A DNA stretch of 64,000 nucleotides from a virus (IMGVR_UViG_3300029880_000003:66978-130977), one strand, 5' to 3'. Shown: positions 48,361-58,287, counted from the stretch's first letter. Notes: generated by a model not told the origin, from the sequence alone. Numbers and translations are program-made.

Positions 48361-49521
48361 ATGGGTATTTATCTAGATGAAGCTGCTACCACTAAGCCAA
48401 GCCCAGAAGTAATCAGCGCTATGATGCCGTATCTATCTGAGAAATGGCATAACCCTTCTTCGCTATACAGCTGGGCTTCTGATGTCTCTAAGGATATTTC
48501 AAAGGCGCGTAAGACTGTTGCTGATTTTATCAATGCAGAAGAAGATGAAGTGTTCTTTACATCTGGTGGTAGTGAAAGCAACTGTTGGGCTATTCAAGGT
48601 TTCGTAACACATCGTTCTGCAATCGAGGAACTACCTTGCATCATCACTACAAACATCGAGCATCATTCTATTATGGAATGCACTGCAATGATGAATATGC
48701 TGCCATGTCTTGTTTGGTATGTTGGTGTTGATGAGTATGGCAACGTTGATATCGAAGAGCTAGAAGAAGCTCTTAAGTGCATGACTAAAGAGACTAAACC
48801 TAGTAATGTTCTAGTGTCTATTGGAATGGCAAACAATGAGATCGGCACTATTCAAGATATCAAGAAGCTTTCTGAGATCATTCATTCATATGGCGCAATC
48901 TTCCATACTGATGCAGTGCAAGCTTTCGGGCATATTCCAATTGACGTAGAGGATATGGGTATCGATATACTTAGTGCAAGTGGGCATAAGATTGGAGCGC
49001 CAAAAGGTATTGGCATTCTTTACAAGCGCAACGGTACTGAAATCAACCCTCTTATCTATGGTAGTCAGATGGATGGTATGCGTGGTGGAACCGAGAATGT
49101 TCCTTATATCATCGGTATGGCTAAGGCTGTTGAGCTTATTGAGCGATATGCAAAGCCTGATATGTGTCAGAGAATTGCATACACACGAGATTATTTTATT
49201 GACAAACTAGAGAGCATCGGTTGCAAGCTCAATGGTTCTCGTGAGAATAGGTTGCCCAACAACATCAATGTGACTTTACCGCATGGTCTTAACGGCGAGT
49301 CTATGCTGTACTGCATGGATTTATGTGATGTGTATATCAGTACGGGAAGTGCTTGCAATTCTAAGTCTATCGAGCCGTCACCTGTATTGAGTGCAATTGG
49401 CTTAGGCGATGATGCTTACAATTCTATTCGCATCACTTTCCCTGTTGGCATCACAAAGGAAGAGATTGATGAGGTTGTGAGCGAAATGGATAGGCAGATT
49501 AAGATTCTTGTAAACAACTAA
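48361..49521 (+). CDS. cysteine desulfurase (class V aminotransferase, IscS/NifS-like)
   Basis: PLP-lysine motif SASGHKIGAPKGIGILY; active-site Cys region STGSACNS. Confidence 0.7.
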   Translation: MGIYLDEAATTKPSPEVISAMMPYLSEKWHNPSSLYSWASDVSKDISKARKTVADFINAEEDEVFFTSGGSESNCWAIQGFVTHRSAIEELPCIITTNIEHHSIMECTAMMNMLPCLVWYVGVDEYGNVDIEELEEALKCMTKETKPSNVLVSIGMANNEIGTIQDIKKLSEIIHSYGAIFHTDAVQAFGHIPIDVEDMGIDILSASGHKIGAPKGIGILYKRNGTEINPLIYGSQMDGMRGGTENVPYIIGMAKAVELIERYAKPDMCQRIAYTRDYFIDKLESIGCKLNGSRENRLPNNINVTLPHGLNGESMLYCMDLCDVYISTGSACNSKSIEPSPVLSAIGLGDDAYNSIRITFPVGITKEEIDEVVSEMDRQIKILVNN

Positions 49522-49549
49522 GGATATATGCTAAGAAAGGTAAAATCAT

Positions 49550-50722
49550 ATGCTTATTAACGGTGAACGAGCGCTGGCTTATACTGTGACGATTGATAGT
49601 ATCACGCCAATCGAAGGCGCAGACAATATTGAGCTTGCTCATGTAGGTGGCTGGTGTGTAATTATTCGCAAGCAGGAGTATAAGCCTGGTGATATGGCGG
49701 TCTTCTGTGAGATTGATTCCAAGCTGCCAGAGAAAGAATGGTCTGAGTTCTTGCGTCCTAAGAAGTTCAAGGTGAAAACCTATCGACTTGGTAAGTTTAA
49801 AGTTATCAGCCAAGGATTGCTCCTACCTATGAGTATTCTTCCAGAAGGTAATTATGAGATTCACACTGATGTAACCAAGACACTTGGCATTACATACTCA
49901 GTCGTAGAAGACAATGTACGTAAAGCTAAGACCAATCCGAATGCAAAGTACGACAACATGTGCGCACGAAACAAGAAGTTATCTCAGAAGCGTTGGTGGA
50001 AGTGGTTGATGAAACGTCTGTGGGGTCGCAAGCTGCTGTTTGCTTTCTTTGGTAGCAAGAAAGATAACCCAAAGAAGTTTCCTGAGTGGATTAAGAAGAC
50101 CGATGAAGATCGCATTGAAAATTGCATGTGGATGCTCGACAACAAAGATCCGTTTGTATGTAGCGAAAAATTGGACGGCACCTCGTCTACGTTCTTTATT
50201 GACTATGCAAAGTCGAAGCGTAAGCCAGAGTTCGGCGTATGTTCCCGCAATGTGCGTCAGGTAGATATGAATCAAGATACATACTTTGATTGCGAGAATG
50301 TCTACTGGGAGATGGCTTTTAAGTACAATATTGAGGATGCGCTGAAGAGCATCGCCAAGGAGTATAATGTAGACCGTGTTGTTCTTCAAGGCGAGACTTA
50401 CGGCGAAAAGGTTCAAGGCAATCCATACAAGTTAGATGAACGCAGGTTTGCTGCATTTAATCTAGTTTTCAATGGTGAGCGACTTGGCTCTCTCGAAGCA
50501 AAGAACATCCTTGATAAGTATGATATTCCATTTGTGCCTATCATTGATGAGAATTATATCTTGCCAGATCGTGAAGGTTTTGAGGAGTTCAAGAAGTCTG
50601 CTGATGGCATGAGTACAATCAATAAACAGACTAGGCGAGAAGGCTTTGTTTATCGTAGTCAGGACGGCAAGCAATCGTTCAAGTCTATCAGTCGTAAGTT
50701 TCTCTTAAAGAAGAAGGAGTAA
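49550..50722 (+). CDS. ATP-dependent RNA ligase family protein (nucleotidyltransferase)
   Basis: motif I KLDGTS, motif IV-like EGFVYRS; N-terminal extra domain. Confidence 0.5.
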   Translation: MLINGERALAYTVTIDSITPIEGADNIELAHVGGWCVIIRKQEYKPGDMAVFCEIDSKLPEKEWSEFLRPKKFKVKTYRLGKFKVISQGLLLPMSILPEGNYEIHTDVTKTLGITYSVVEDNVRKAKTNPNAKYDNMCARNKKLSQKRWWKWLMKRLWGRKLLFAFFGSKKDNPKKFPEWIKKTDEDRIENCMWMLDNKDPFVCSEKLDGTSSTFFIDYAKSKRKPEFGVCSRNVRQVDMNQDTYFDCENVYWEMAFKYNIEDALKSIAKEYNVDRVVLQGETYGEKVQGNPYKLDERRFAAFNLVFNGERLGSLEAKNILDKYDIPFVPIIDENYILPDREGFEEFKKSADGMSTINKQTRREGFVYRSQDGKQSFKSISRKFLLKKKE

Positions 50723-50725
50723 ATA

Positions 50726-51694
50726 GTGAACAGCACGAAGCCAGTGCTGACGATGATGGTAGGCTTGCCTGGAAGCGGCAAGTCTACCTATTCATATCAG
50801 TTGGCAAAAGAAACCAACGCTACTGTATTTAGCTCTGATGAATTACGTAAAGAAATGTTTGGAGACATCAACGACCAGGCTCATAATGTTGAGGTGTTTA
50901 ACGAACTTCATAAGCGAATTAAGAACTGTTTAAAGTCTGGCGGCAATGCTATTTATGATGCATGTAATATCTCTAGTAAAAGACGCAGGGCGTTTTTGCA
51001 AGAGTTAAATAAAATTGATTGCGTCAAGGAATGTATTGTTATAGCAACGCAATTTTTGAAATGCATTTATTATAACAATAAGAGAAATAGAAAAGTACCG
51101 ACTTATACAATACATAGAATGCGTGAGCAATGGAATACTCCTTATTGGTTTGAAGGATGGGATAAAATAGACGTACATTATTGTGACAATATTATATTTG
51201 AAAATCCACTTACGTTTATGCTGGCATATGCTTCATTCAATCAAGATAATTCACATCATACGTTGTCACTTGGAGAACATTGCTTTAAGACCGCTAGTTA
51301 TATAGAAAAGGGAAGCCACCCTTATGCAGTAAGCTCACTGTTGAGTTTGATTATCGCGGCATGTATTCACGATTGTGGCAAACCATACGTTAAAAATTTT
51401 AAAAATGCCAATGGAAAACCAACAGATGAGGCGCATTACTATAGACATGAAAATGTTGGAGCATATGAAGCCTTGTTCTTTGATTGTCCAGTCGAAAACG
51501 ATGGACTGCATTCAATAAGAGCCAATATACTTGACGTTTCTGTTTTGGTAAATCTACATATGCAGTCATATTATTGGGAACGTGAGCAAGGTCACAACAA
51601 AGAAAGATTGTGTAACAAATACAGAAAATTGTGGGGAGATACGTTATATGACGAAGTGATGAAATTACATGAAGCAGATAAAGCGGCGCATTAA
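50726..51694 (+). CDS. polynucleotide kinase (P-loop) fused to HD-domain phosphohydrolase
   Basis: Walker A GLPGSGKST; HD domain HH…ACIHDCGK. Confidence 0.55.
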   Translation: MNSTKPVLTMMVGLPGSGKSTYSYQLAKETNATVFSSDELRKEMFGDINDQAHNVEVFNELHKRIKNCLKSGGNAIYDACNISSKRRRAFLQELNKIDCVKECIVIATQFLKCIYYNNKRNRKVPTYTIHRMREQWNTPYWFEGWDKIDVHYCDNIIFENPLTFMLAYASFNQDNSHHTLSLGEHCFKTASYIEKGSHPYAVSSLLSLIIAACIHDCGKPYVKNFKNANGKPTDEAHYYRHENVGAYEALFFDCPVENDGLHSIRANILDVSVLVNLHMQSYYWEREQGHNKERLCNKYRKLWGDTLYDEVMKLHEADKAAH

Positions 51695-51700
51695 GGAGGA

Positions 51701-52228
51701 ATGACTATGCTGCGAGTATGGGATACAAAGAAGAAGAAGTGGTGTGACCCAGATGGTTTCTACCTGTCATGCTATGAGGATTTATACACGTATTCTGAAA
51801 AGCGGTTCGGCAGTAAGCTGAAGCGTGTTCGTGATGATGAACGATATGTTTACCACAGGTCTTTGGGTATGCATGACGAGACTGGAACCGAGGTGTATGA
51901 AGGAGATATTCTTGGCGGTGTTAAGGATGATGGTAAGGTCTGCTATATGACAGTAGCCTATGTTCCATCACATGCACAGTTTGTTTTGTTTGATGAAGAT
52001 GATAAGCCTGAGAACATGGACGGTACATATTATCTTATTGAAGATGATTTTATTGAAGAACTGAAGATTGTAGGCAATGTTTTCGAAGGTATCAAGGAAG
52101 AGATTGAAGCACCTGAAATCGTAGAGGAACCCGAAGAGGTTGTTGCCGATGATGTTGCTTCTGTTGGAACAGATGATGTTGAAGTTGTAGAAGCAGAAGT
52201 GATTGAGGAAAGCGAATTAAAAGAATAA
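51701..52228 (+). CDS. YopX family protein with acidic C-terminal tail
   Basis: C-terminal core …LKIVGNVFEG… like YopX IGNIYENPEL. Confidence 0.5.
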   Translation: MTMLRVWDTKKKKWCDPDGFYLSCYEDLYTYSEKRFGSKLKRVRDDERYVYHRSLGMHDETGTEVYEGDILGGVKDDGKVCYMTVAYVPSHAQFVLFDEDDKPENMDGTYYLIEDDFIEELKIVGNVFEGIKEEIEAPEIVEEPEEVVADDVASVGTDDVEVVEAEVIEESELKE

Positions 52229-52408
52229 TAGCAAGGGAGAGTTGTGGATGTCTTATGTGATAATTACACTACTCGTAATTCTTGGGATTACATCTGTTGC
52301 CTTATGTTATGCTTGTTACGTTGTATCTAGACGTTGTTCTAGAGAAGAAGAAAAGCTGGAACGTTATGAGAATGACGATTCAGGAAATGTTTGAAGAAAG
52401 GTAAGACG

Positions 52409-52948
52409 ATGATTCAAGTTAGGCAAGGAGTCTTTGAGACTAATTCATCTAGTACCCACTCGATTTGCATTCCAAAGAAGTGTGATAAGATCATCAATCA
52501 TGTCGATTTCCGTATTGGCGAATATGGATGGGAGAATGACGAAGCTGATCCAGCATCGTATTTGTATACTGGCATTCTGTATGCATACAAAAAGGATGAA
52601 GCTCAAGAGCTTATTAATGATATTGCCAACTTCCTTGTCAACAATGATATTAGCTTTACTTTTGAAAAACCTAAGTATGACGAATACAATCGTCTTTCGT
52701 ATGAACAAGGTTATATTGACCATGGGTATGAGCTATGTGAGTTTATTGAATATATTTTAAATGACGGAGAGGCGTTTCTGCGTTATTTGTCTGGTGGTAT
52801 TGTGTATACTGGCAACGATAATCAAGATCCGCAACCGAGCGGTTGTGATATTTGTGATGAGGATTATTACGATTACGATCTTGATAAGTATGTTCCGAAC
52901 CCATACCACGACATTGAGAACTATGAATATTTTTATAAGGGAAACTAA
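52409..52948 (+). CDS. hypothetical protein, paralog A with conserved N-terminus MIQVRQGVFETNSSSTHSI
   Basis: 20/22 N-terminal residues identical to next ORF, rest diverged; Tyr/Asp-rich C-terminus. Confidence 0.5.
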   Translation: MIQVRQGVFETNSSSTHSICIPKKCDKIINHVDFRIGEYGWENDEADPASYLYTGILYAYKKDEAQELINDIANFLVNNDISFTFEKPKYDEYNRLSYEQGYIDHGYELCEFIEYILNDGEAFLRYLSGGIVYTGNDNQDPQPSGCDICDEDYYDYDLDKYVPNPYHDIENYEYFYKGN

Positions 52949-52961
52949 CTAGGAGAATGCT

Positions 52962-53351
52962 ATGCTACAAGTACGTCAAGGTGTTTTTGAAACGAATTCT
53001 AGTTCAACCCATTCAATTACAATTGTTCCGCAATCTGAGTTCAATGAATGGAAAAACGGGGACACTTACTTTAATGATGGATGGTGGTATAATAGCATCG
53101 ATCCAATTAAGGACAATACATTTATTACAAAAGACGAAGCTATTTCGCTTGTAATGACGAGTGATTATCTTCCTGAGAGTAATCCATATGAAATGTCAGA
53201 AGAAGAACTTGACGAGTTGTTCGCTGATGAATATAGTATTTATTCGTATGAGAAGTTTTTGTATGATAGCTATCTTGAAAGCTATGTAAAACACTGCACT
53301 ACGGAACACGGTGACAATATTGTTGCCTTTGGACAATACGGACATGATTGA
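52962..53351 (+). CDS. hypothetical protein, paralog B with conserved N-terminus MLQVRQGVFETNSSSTHSI
   Basis: AGGAGAA RBS; see paralog A. Confidence 0.5.
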   Translation: MLQVRQGVFETNSSSTHSITIVPQSEFNEWKNGDTYFNDGWWYNSIDPIKDNTFITKDEAISLVMTSDYLPESNPYEMSEEELDELFADEYSIYSYEKFLYDSYLESYVKHCTTEHGDNIVAFGQYGHD

Positions 53352-54256
53352 TGGGAGATAAGATGAAAACCCTTGGTAAGTACAAGAACGGAAATTACCG
53401 TGTGGCGATGCTGGTTGACGGTTCCAAGATTCGTTACAATGATCTTGATTTCTTTGAGCCAGAAAAACCAGAATCGATTGATCTTAAGATTACTAACCGT
53501 TGCTTTAGAGGCTGTAGTTTTTGCCACGAGAATTCAACCTGCGATGGCAAGCATGGAGACATTCTTAATCTTCCGTTCTTAGATACCATGTTGCCATATA
53601 GCGAAATTGCAATTGGCGGTGGGAACGTACTTCTTCATCCAGACTTGATTCCGTTTCTTGAAGGTCTTAAAGAACGTAAGCTCATTGCAAATATGACCGT
53701 CCATCAAAACGACTTCATGGCTAACAGTGATTTTCTTAAGTATCTTGTTGAAGATAAGTTGATTTATGGGCTTGGTGTTTCTCTTAATTATGTAGACGAT
53801 GAATTCATCGAGGTTATCAAAGAGTTTCCCAATGCGGTAATTCACGTTATCAATGGCGTTGTATCAGTATCTGAGCTAGAGAGCCTTGCAAATAACAACC
53901 TTAAGATTCTTATTCTTGGATACAAAGAATTTAGGCGTGGCAAGGATCTATATAATATTATCGGAGATGATATCGAACACGATAAGTCTGAACTATATGA
54001 AGCGTTGCCAACGATTGTCAGCAATGGTTGGTTCGACTGCGTGAGCTTCGATAATCTAGCAATCAAGCAGCTTGATCCTAAGCGTTTTATGAGTGAAGAT
54101 AAATGGAAGTCTTTTTATATGGGAGACGATGGCGCATTTACTATGTATATCGATGCTGTTGAAAGAAAGTTTGCCAAGAGTTCTGTATCTACAGAACGTT
54201 GGGAGATTACAGATGGTATTAAGGAAATGTTTAACAAGGTGAGGAGTGTTGCTTAA
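53348..54256 (+). CDS. radical SAM enzyme (CxxxCxxC; viperin/QueE-like minimal radical SAM, family unassigned)
   Basis: ITNRCFRGCSFCHE cluster-binding motif; Gly-rich SAM-binding stretch EIAIGGGNVLLHPD; likely start ATG 53362. Confidence 0.6.
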   Translation: MMGDKMKTLGKYKNGNYRVAMLVDGSKIRYNDLDFFEPEKPESIDLKITNRCFRGCSFCHENSTCDGKHGDILNLPFLDTMLPYSEIAIGGGNVLLHPDLIPFLEGLKERKLIANMTVHQNDFMANSDFLKYLVEDKLIYGLGVSLNYVDDEFIEVIKEFPNAVIHVINGVVSVSELESLANNNLKILILGYKEFRRGKDLYNIIGDDIEHDKSELYEALPTIVSNGWFDCVSFDNLAIKQLDPKRFMSEDKWKSFYMGDDGAFTMYIDAVERKFAKSSVSTERWEITDGIKEMFNKVRSVA

Positions 54257-54684
54257 TGGAAGTATGTAAAATTTTTCTTAGTGGTGGAATGAGTGGTCTT
54301 ACCCAGAAGCAGCAATGGGCTTGGCGAAAAGAAGTTGAGAAGGAGCTGACTGAGTTCAGGTATGGAACTAGGGTGAAGCCAGAGTTCTTTAATCCATGCT
54401 TGTACTACAATGTAGATGAGGATTATCACAAGACCGAGAATGAACATTTCGAGTTTGATACCTATAATCTACGCAGATCTGATTTGGTTATTGTGAACTT
54501 CAATGCTCCTAATTCTATTGGCTCAGCAATGGAGCTGATGTTGGCGAAAGAGCTGCACATTCCTATCATTGGTCTTAATGAGAACAAGCGTAAGCTTCAC
54601 CCGTGGTTAGAGGTATGCTGCAATCGTATCTGCGATGATATAGAAGAACTCGTAGATCATGTGGCTGCTTGCTATTTGAATTAA
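54256..54684 (+). CDS. nucleoside 2-deoxyribosyltransferase-like (NDT/DNPH1/Rcl fold) protein
   Basis: N-terminal IFLSGGM and NSIGSAMELMLA resemble NDT motifs; ATGGA overlap with upstream gene. Confidence 0.45.
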   Translation: MEVCKIFLSGGMSGLTQKQQWAWRKEVEKELTEFRYGTRVKPEFFNPCLYYNVDEDYHKTENEHFEFDTYNLRRSDLVIVNFNAPNSIGSAMELMLAKELHIPIIGLNENKRKLHPWLEVCCNRICDDIEELVDHVAACYLN

Positions 54685-54702
54685 TATAGAAAGGATATTG
54701 CT

Positions 54703-54978
54703 ATGCGAATTGGTAAGCTTCAGGTTACTACTGAATTCGAATCTGATGAAAGTGTATTTGAGAGTATCAAGTCATACAATATTATTGAAGTAGACGCTGG
54801 TACTACTAGTCTGATTGGTGTGTCTCCTGTCGATGACCCCACTAAGGATATTGTCTGGAAGTATGGCTTCAATATCAACGATGAGTATTATCTTGACAAG
54901 GTGTTTAATGTTATGGGAAAGAATACATATGATTGGGTAGAGCCTATGCATGGGACTGATGAAGATATTTATTCTTAA
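54703..54978 (+). CDS. hypothetical protein
   Basis: 91-aa ORF. Confidence 0.4.
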   Translation: MRIGKLQVTTEFESDESVFESIKSYNIIEVDAGTTSLIGVSPVDDPTKDIVWKYGFNINDEYYLDKVFNVMGKNTYDWVEPMHGTDEDIYS

Positions 54979-55114
54979 TTTGCTGTTTGCAACAGTTTGA
55001 ATATAGTGTATAATCTTATTGCTAATAAGGTTATATGTTGAAGGAGAAACCATTTGATAGTTTAAGTATGAATGTAAAAATGAACTAAATGATCTAATTA
55101 CGGAGGTATGGTAA

Positions 55115-56284
55115 ATGGCAAATGAAAAGAATGTGATTACAAAGTCTGACTGGGTTTCCAACTTTACCCTCATTGGTGAAGCAAAGGTTAATGATTACAC
55201 CTTTAAGATTGATGAGCATAGCAACAAGTCATCCTGGATTTACAATTCTATGAATCTCGGCATTGACTGCGGTGAGAAGTTCGGGACAGTTTTCGCCGAT
55301 CTCATGGGGGGTTATAGCGAAGACCGAGAGAACATCATCTACGTACATGGCAAGGATGAAAATGGTAACAATGACTTTGGGCAGACTTTCACGGTAGATT
55401 GGGAAGATCGCCTAAATGATGAAGTGCTTGAGTCAGTAGGTGATTTGTGTTTTATCACCGTTGGTCTTGAGAAGACTACTACTGGCAAGACATACTATAA
55501 GAACTTCCTTAGCGCATATGATGCAATTGCATATGCTCAGGAACATCTCGAAGATGGCATGGTAGTCAACGTCCGTGGTCGCTTGCAGTACAGTATTTAC
55601 AATGATAATGTTCAGGTACGCAAGACAATCCAGAGCATTGTACTGAGCAATGTTGATGATTCTTCCAAGTATGTTGCCCGATTCACACAGTCTGTTCTTC
55701 TCGACAAGGATTCTGCGAGCTTGAAGGACGTTGACAAGGACAAGGGTGTTATGTATGTGAATGCTCGTGTTCTTGATTATCTCAAAGAACTGAATGGCGT
55801 TGAGATTAGGGGTCAATATCCTTACAATGTCACCTTTGAATTCCCCATGGATCTGACTAAGCCTGATACTTGCAAGAAGATTTATGAGAAGCTGTTCAAG
55901 GTTAAGAAGAATGTTCGTCAAGTAACATTTGAAGGTGAGTTTGTTGAGGGTGGCGCTGTAGTTCAAACATCCTGGGAGGACGTACCCGATGACATCAAGG
56001 ATCTTGTTGAGATTGGCGTTTACAGCAAGGAGGAGGCACTTCAGAAGTGCAGCGCAAATGGCTCTCGTGAGCGCCGTATGCTGTTGAAGAAGCCTCATAT
56101 TAAATTGGTAGGCGATGATAAGACTCCTGTTGTCCAGGTGTTTGATGATAAGTACACTGAAGATGAGCTTATCATTGATACTGGTGCTGCTGAGGATGAT
56201 GAAGAGGAGCTGCCTTTTGATGAGGATAAGTCTTCTAATGAATCCTCTGATGACGATTCGATGTCCTGGTTAGATGAACTCTAG
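55115..56284 (+). CDS. putative ssDNA-binding/recombination-associated protein with acidic C-terminal tail
   Basis: C-terminus EEELPFDEDK…DDDSMSWLDEL reminiscent of SSB acidic tip; upstream of Sak4-like ATPase. Confidence 0.3.
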   Translation: MANEKNVITKSDWVSNFTLIGEAKVNDYTFKIDEHSNKSSWIYNSMNLGIDCGEKFGTVFADLMGGYSEDRENIIYVHGKDENGNNDFGQTFTVDWEDRLNDEVLESVGDLCFITVGLEKTTTGKTYYKNFLSAYDAIAYAQEHLEDGMVVNVRGRLQYSIYNDNVQVRKTIQSIVLSNVDDSSKYVARFTQSVLLDKDSASLKDVDKDKGVMYVNARVLDYLKELNGVEIRGQYPYNVTFEFPMDLTKPDTCKKIYEKLFKVKKNVRQVTFEGEFVEGGAVVQTSWEDVPDDIKDLVEIGVYSKEEALQKCSANGSRERRMLLKKPHIKLVGDDKTPVVQVFDDKYTEDELIIDTGAAEDDEEELPFDEDKSSNESSDDDSMSWLDEL

Positions 56285-56310
56285 TATTTAATTACTAAAG
56301 TTATATGCTG

Positions 56311-56338
56311 AGTGGGAGGGCTGATTCTCTCCCACTCT
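56311..56338 (+). terminator. terminator-like hairpin
   Basis: AGTGGGAGGGCTGATTCTCTCCCACT. Confidence 0.4.
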
Positions 56339-56400
56339 ATTAAAAGAAAGAGTAAATCACAAGAAGCATACGAAAAAGCAATTACGAAAGGTGATTAAGC

Positions 56401-57561
56401 ATGGCATTTGGAAAGCGTAATAGCGTAAACCTAGATATTCTTAGCTATAATATTATGTTGCTAGGAGAATCTGGCGCAGGTAAGACCTCATTGATTAACG
56501 ATGTGTGTACTAAGTATACTGGCGATCCAAAATCAGTATTGTTCCTAGAAATCGGACAGGAGCGAGGAGCTGACGCGATTGATGGAATCAACTACATGAA
56601 TTGTCCAGAATGGGACATGGATTATGATGAATTAGACAATGCTGCTGGGTTTGCAGACGTATGTGAGGATATTATTGAAAACAAAGTAAGTGAATATCCA
56701 GAACTTCGCGCTGTTGTTTGGGACACGCTGGATCAATTGATTAATTGCGCTGAAAATAAAGTAATTTCGATGTGGAATCGTGAATGCCGCACATCTGGAC
56801 ACCCAGAAAAGTGTGCTAAGACAATTAACGGCTGCTATTCTGGTTACGGTCGTGGTGAAAGGAAAGCGATTGAGCTTATGCTTGATATGATGGCTCGTTT
56901 GCGCCGCGTTGGAGTAGCAACGATTATTGTTGGACACGTAAAGCAGAAGCAAATTGAAGACGCGCTTAGCGGACAGACTTATCAGATTCTTACCTCCGAC
57001 CAGCAACAAAACTATTTCAATGCTGTAAAGAAAAATCTTCATTTCCTTGGTCTTCTTTACTATGACCGTCATATTATTGCTGAGAAGACTGGCAAAAAGG
57101 AGTTCAATTCTAAAAAAGATGAAACTGTTAATCGTGTCGCAGATGAAACACGCCGCATTCGCTTCCGTGATGATGGTGCGGTAGTAGATTGCAAGTCTCG
57201 TTTTGCCAATATTGTTCCCGAGATTGACTATGATGCAGACCAGTTTATTCAAGCTATTACAGATGCTATCAAGGCAGAACAATCTAAGTCTGGTGTGTCC
57301 CTAGAGGATGCTAAGAAACAACAGAAAAAACAAGAGAAGGAACTTGAGAAGCGAGTAGCAGAGCAAGAGAAGGCTGCTAAGTCTAAGGCTGCGGTAGATG
57401 AAGTGACCTCAGAGATCGTAAATTTCTTCACTGAGAACAAGTCTGAGATCGACAAAATCAAACCAGTGATGGCTGAGATCAAGAAGCGTGGATATGCTAA
57501 GCCCACTGAGATTTCCGATATCGAGGATGCAAAGGCTATTCTCGCTCTTACTCTTCAGTAA
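56401..57561 (+). CDS. AAA_24-type (Sak4-like) RecA-fold ATPase with Lys/Glu-rich C-terminal extension
   Basis: Walker A GESGAGKTS; Walker B-like VVWDT. Confidence 0.55.
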   Translation: MAFGKRNSVNLDILSYNIMLLGESGAGKTSLINDVCTKYTGDPKSVLFLEIGQERGADAIDGINYMNCPEWDMDYDELDNAAGFADVCEDIIENKVSEYPELRAVVWDTLDQLINCAENKVISMWNRECRTSGHPEKCAKTINGCYSGYGRGERKAIELMLDMMARLRRVGVATIIVGHVKQKQIEDALSGQTYQILTSDQQQNYFNAVKKNLHFLGLLYYDRHIIAEKTGKKEFNSKKDETVNRVADETRRIRFRDDGAVVDCKSRFANIVPEIDYDADQFIQAITDAIKAEQSKSGVSLEDAKKQQKKQEKELEKRVAEQEKAAKSKAAVDEVTSEIVNFFTENKSEIDKIKPVMAEIKKRGYAKPTEISDIEDAKAILALTLQ

Positions 57562-57761
57562 AACAACAAGTGTCAAAGAAAGGTATACATATGAAAGAAC
57601 CAATTGAATCTATGGAGTATCGTTACAACTGTATGGCTCAGAACGGTAAGAACGAGTGGGGACATGGCATCATGCGTAAGCTCTACTATAAGATTATCCA
57701 GGCTAAGGAAGCTGCCGACCGCTCTTAATTAGAGAGCATAAGTTTAAAAGACTACCCGTGG

Positions 57762-58271
57762 TTGAAATATACTGCGGGTAGACGTGTAGATAAAGGAGGT
57801 TTGATCGTGGGCAAGACATCTAGAAAGCGCATGACAAAAGAAGAGCGAGAAGCTTGGGATAGTTTATATGAGTATGTACGCACAAAGGTAATGCGATACG
57901 ATTCAAACCAAGCTTTGCCAAGTCAAATGGTTCTTCGCCTTAAGGGTATGTTAAACGGCAAGTTCATGGCTAACGGCTCTACCAAGGATATGGCTGACTA
58001 TTCTTATGATGTTGTGCTTAATACGTTCAAGTATTCTATGCCAGACATTCAACGCGCATTGGGGAGTGTGAGTTTCAGAGATGAATCACATAAGTTCAAC
58101 TATATTATGAAGATTGTAGAAGGCAATCTGAATGATGTGTATATGAGGATGAAGAGTGCTGAGAGGGCTAAGGAGGAAATATTGCGAGATGACTCTTGTA
58201 GCGTTCCGCATAAAGCAGTAGAATATAAACCCAAGAAAAAGAACAAAGATAAGTTCTCTGATTTATGGTAG
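57762..58271 (+). CDS. hypothetical protein (possible helicase-loader/replisome organiser by position)
   Basis: 169-aa ORF directly upstream of helicase. Confidence 0.3.
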   Translation: MKYTAGRRVDKGGLIVGKTSRKRMTKEEREAWDSLYEYVRTKVMRYDSNQALPSQMVLRLKGMLNGKFMANGSTKDMADYSYDVVLNTFKYSMPDIQRALGSVSFRDESHKFNYIMKIVEGNLNDVYMRMKSAERAKEEILRDDSCSVPHKAVEYKPKKKNKDKFSDLW

Positions 58272-58287
58272 ACAAGGTGATGCTTAG

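Noticed and set aside
49979-50416. 145-aa minus-strand ORF
   Set aside because: It lies inside the RNA ligase gene on the opposite strand and is a shadow ORF.
55433-56098. 221-aa and 216-aa minus-strand ORFs (also 56632..57282)
   Set aside because: They lie antisense within the plus-strand SSB-like and AAA_24 genes, are Leu/Ile/Asn-rich, and are shadow ORFs.
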